Position numbers and translations under genes: made by a program. Below, piece after piece: positions 61,132 to 64,000 of a DNA stretch of 64,000 nucleotides. Origin of the DNA: Barthelona sp. PCE (taxonomy: Eukaryota); assembly GCA_040285745.1 (NCBI GenBank), contig JAUFOR010000008.1, forward strand, positions 1,984,001 through 2,048,000. Direction: 5' to 3'. The notes beneath the pieces were generated by a model. The model saw only the letters and a list, made by a program, of their open reading frames with translations. It was not told the DNA's origin and searched no databases. Position 1 is the first letter of the stretch, and each line of letters opens with the position of its first letter.

Positions 61132-62991
61132 TCATATAAAATCTATCGGAGAACAAATGCGCGTCTCTGCCTCTTCCATGTCAGTAAACGAAATTCTAGA
61201 GAAGGACATCAGTGCTTCCACATCAGAATTATGAAGCATCAGAGGAGCACTTGAGTTATCCATTGAGGAATTCCCAATCGACGCGTTCTTGTTCCTCTTC
61301 ATGTAGCCTTGGAAGTCATTCATTGCCATCTCTGCCGCTGCGTGCGACAAAAGTAAATTCTTAATGTGAGAAACAATCGTCACATCCGATGGAGCGCAGC
61401 CGTATGAATCTTTTGCCGTTGCATAGGCACCATAACTCACTAATGTGTTAATTGTATCCTCATGGTTCTTGACACCAGGCATTGACACATTTCTCACACC
61501 GACGTTTCCTGCAACCTCGTGAAGTGGTGTCCAACCGTGATAGTCAATAACATTGGGGTTTGCGCCACCTTCCAGTAACAACTCCACGTTCTTCACCAAC
61601 CCGCTGCGCGAGGCAAAATGCAAAGGAGTCATAGCATACGAGTTACGTGCGTTAACATCACACCCATTCTCAATCAACATTTCAACAATGTCTGGTCCTG
61701 ACATCTGAGCAGCAATGTGCAATGATGTGTTCCCATCGACATCAACTGCTGCTATGTCCGCCTTCCTCATTAGAAGTTCACATATTGGTTTTAGATTCAT
61801 GGATACAGCAACATGCAATGGCGTTCTACCATCCTCATTCGGAACCTCAACACTCGACACGTCCATGAGCGCCTCGATGATTGGATAATTGTCAAGCTCA
61901 TCATCGTGATATGGTACAAGTACAGCGTAATGAAGCGGAGACTGCATTGAAATGTCAACAACATCAGCAAACTGTGTATATGGGAGTATGAGCTGAACAA
62001 CGGTCACTGCCTCAAGAATCACAGCTCTGTGGAGTGGTAACTGCCCGATATCATTGACCTCGTTGAGCAAAAACAACTCATTCTCGTAGCCCGGCGTTTT
62101 CAATCTTTTTAATAGTATATTGATAACTTCTGGTTCCCTGCTCTCCACCGCCAAGTGGAACAGATTGTTACCATTGCTGTCTTTAAGACTCAGAAGTGAA
62201 AATGTTACAGCTGACAGCAGTCTTTTTATGCGGTGAATTGAACCCGACTTGAAAGAATGGAATATTTGATTTCTAACAACCATCTCACTTGCAGAGAGTA
62301 GGTTCTCCGTTGATAACGTCGTTTGCACGCTGAATTCAAAAGGATTCTTGTTCTTTTTTCGATTTCCAACATTAGCTCCTTTCTTGAAACTTTTTCGACG
62401 ACGACGTGGTGTTCCCGTACTCTTTCTGTAAAAACGTTGCGACTTTCTTTCTGTCTGTCTTGACGAAGGCGAAGATCGAACAGATGCTGATGATACAGAA
62501 CGCTCCTTATGTGCGTTTGTAAAATTTGAAGATATGTTTCTTGCTTGACTAACTCTATACATGAGCTCATTCATCTTAAGTCTCTTTGTTGTTAGTCGCT
62601 TTTTCTGATCTGTTGCTTCCTGAATTGCATCAGAAATTCCATTGATGGCCGCGTCGACTTGCTGAATGTTTTTCTCAACCAAACGTCTACCCTTTGGCCC
62701 TGAGTCATCGTCAAAGAAAATTGTTGAATCATTAATCGATATTTGAAGACCTTGACCTGAGTCCTGCATCAAATCCAATAATTTCTTCTTGTTATTCGTA
62801 ATTCTTGATCTATGTTCGGTTAAAAAGTTGGATGATACCAAATCTACATCCTTTAAAAACGTTGTTATCTCTTGAGATGGGGAGGACTGAATTTCTTTTC
62901 CTCTATCCGGATCTGTTCGTTCCAGAAACTTCGAGAAGTCTTGGGTGCTTCCTGAAAATGAAGAGGATGAAGCGAGAGTTTTTCTATGCAT
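61132..62991 (-). CDS. Ankyrin-repeat protein
   Basis: Repeated G.TPLH.A-type units (GRTPLHVAV, GNTSLHIAA, MTPLHFAS, GWTPLHEVA). Confidence 0.92.
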   Translation of the reverse strand: MHRKTLASSSSFSGSTQDFSKFLERTDPDRGKEIQSSPSQEITTFLKDVDLVSSNFLTEHRSRITNNKKKLLDLMQDSGQGLQISINDSTIFFDDDSGPKGRRLVEKNIQQVDAAINGISDAIQEATDQKKRLTTKRLKMNELMYRVSQARNISSNFTNAHKERSVSSASVRSSPSSRQTERKSQRFYRKSTGTPRRRRKSFKKGANVGNRKKNKNPFEFSVQTTLSTENLLSASEMVVRNQIFHSFKSGSIHRIKRLLSAVTFSLLSLKDSNGNNLFHLAVESREPEVINILLKRLKTPGYENELFLLNEVNDIGQLPLHRAVILEAVTVVQLILPYTQFADVVDISMQSPLHYAVLVPYHDDELDNYPIIEALMDVSSVEVPNEDGRTPLHVAVSMNLKPICELLMRKADIAAVDVDGNTSLHIAAQMSGPDIVEMLIENGCDVNARNSYAMTPLHFASRSGLVKNVELLLEGGANPNVIDYHGWTPLHEVAGNVGVRNVSMPGVKNHEDTINTLVSYGAYATAKDSYGCAPSDVTIVSHIKNLLLSHAAAEMAMNDFQGYMKRNKNASIGNSSMDNSSAPLMLHNSDVEALMSFSRISFTDMEEAETRICSPIDFI

Positions 62992-63294
62992 GCATTCAGA
63001 ATAATGAAAAGGGTGAATATTTGCAAAACATCAATTTTTTTTGAATTATGCTCCTCAAACACATGGGAAAGGGGGCTTTTTACAACCTCAGATTATCTAA
63101 AAAGAGGAAATATCCATATCACTGTACCTGCAAACAAAATTATTTCCAAATATCGTTTCTTTAAGTATATAAGCACGTTTCTTGGTTTTTCTTGGTTTTT
63201 TAACCCGTTAAACTACTTTTTTATGAAAAACTACGTAACTTGTAATTCAGTTAAAACCTAATTGGTGATCCATTTTATTAAAAGATACTCTAAA

Positions 63295-64000
63295 TTATAC
63301 CCAAAGCTGGCCACTGGAAGGACCCTTTAGGTTTCTACCGCTTAGAGACGATAATCTTGATCTTGAATTAGTTGTTCGCGTCGATGCACCTCGAGAACTA
63401 TCACTTGAATTGGTCATCTGCATGACTCTTGTGTATATTTTCTGCGACACAGTCTGTGGAATAAAACCTGATACGCCGCACATCTTAAAAATATCGTTAC
63501 CTGTTACAGTGCTGTATGCATACCCCTGCTGCATGATAAATGAAGCTCTGTTTGCGAAGAAACGCTCCTCGGATGTGCCACGTGTAATAACAGAATAGAA
63601 AGAAGCCTTTTTCTTCTTTGGTCTCATGATACGTCCAATCCTCTGCGCCTCTTGCATTCGTGAACCGAACTTTCCTGACATCTGTATGCACACATTGGCA
63701 TCTGGAAGATCAATTGAATCATCACCAACGTTACTGATAATTATTGTCTGAATTTCACCATTTCTGAACTGTTGCAGCAGTTCCTCTCTCCTCTGTTTAT
63801 CTGTTTTTCCGTAGATCACCTGCTCAGCGTATTTATCGGCCATATACTCGCGTGCAAAGAAGAGTAGGGGTGCAATGAATTCAAAAAACACTAAAATTTG
63901 GTCTCCCCTCTGTTCGTGATACTCTACAAGTGTTTTTGCAACATGAAGCTTTTGTGAGTGACACTGTGGAAGTAACAGGCGCTTTGTAGGTTGTGAGAAG
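63295..64000 (-). CDS. XPB: TFIIH helicase XPB/Ssl2, 3' part; runs off the window end
   Basis: LVEYHEQRGDQILVF, IYGKT...R, ISNVGDDSIDLPDANVCIQ.S..FGSRMQEAQRIGRIMRPK, QQGYAY. Confidence 0.9.
   Translation of the reverse strand, partial: FSQPTKRLLLPQCHSQKLHVAKTLVEYHEQRGDQILVFFEFIAPLLFFAREYMADKYAEQVIYGKTDKQRREELLQQFRNGEIQTIIISNVGDDSIDLPDANVCIQMSGKFGSRMQEAQRIGRIMRPKKKKASFYSVITRGTSEERFFANRASFIMQQGYAYSTVTGNDIFKMCGVSGFIPQTVSQKIYTRVMQMTNSSDSSRGASTRTTNSRSRLSSLSGRNLKGPSSGQLWV

Overview
Compact, gene-dense, intron-poor eukaryotic (protist) DNA. The standard genetic code applies: TAA, TAG and TGA all end genes. About 38 protein genes, including a NEK kinase, Tubby, glycine-cleavage P2, a MYSM1-like protein, Mer3, TFIIH p62 and XPB, eIF3c, Arp2, FKBP15, eRF3, DZIP1, RPS19, B9D2, BOP1, Trm2 and Ran. 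Four spliceosomal introns all end in CTAAC-N4-AG, the fused branch-point/3' splice-site spacing known from Trichomonas and Giardia. Together with a split GcvP subunit carrying a presequence-like N-terminus and ciliary genes, this suggests a flagellated anaerobic metamonad-like protist (inference). The most striking structure is a palindromic locus at about 25.0-32.4 kb. Two ~1.85 kb almost identical inverted arms (25511-27360 and 30069-31916) flank Arp2 and a nucleotide-sugar transporter. Each arm carries a divergent histone H3 variant followed by a histone-type 3' stem-loop, plus the 5' ~60% of a secreted metallophosphoesterase. The 3' parts of the two phosphoesterase genes are diverged, and GC drops sharply at the identity boundary, suggesting arm-to-arm gene conversion. 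Other signals: a recurrent CC(T)3-6CA element just upstream of start codons, a hairpin-compacted RPS19 intron, convergent genes only 2-20 bp apart, and a decayed gene with a 68-bp tandem duplication. No tRNA, rRNA, CRISPR array or transposon was recognised.
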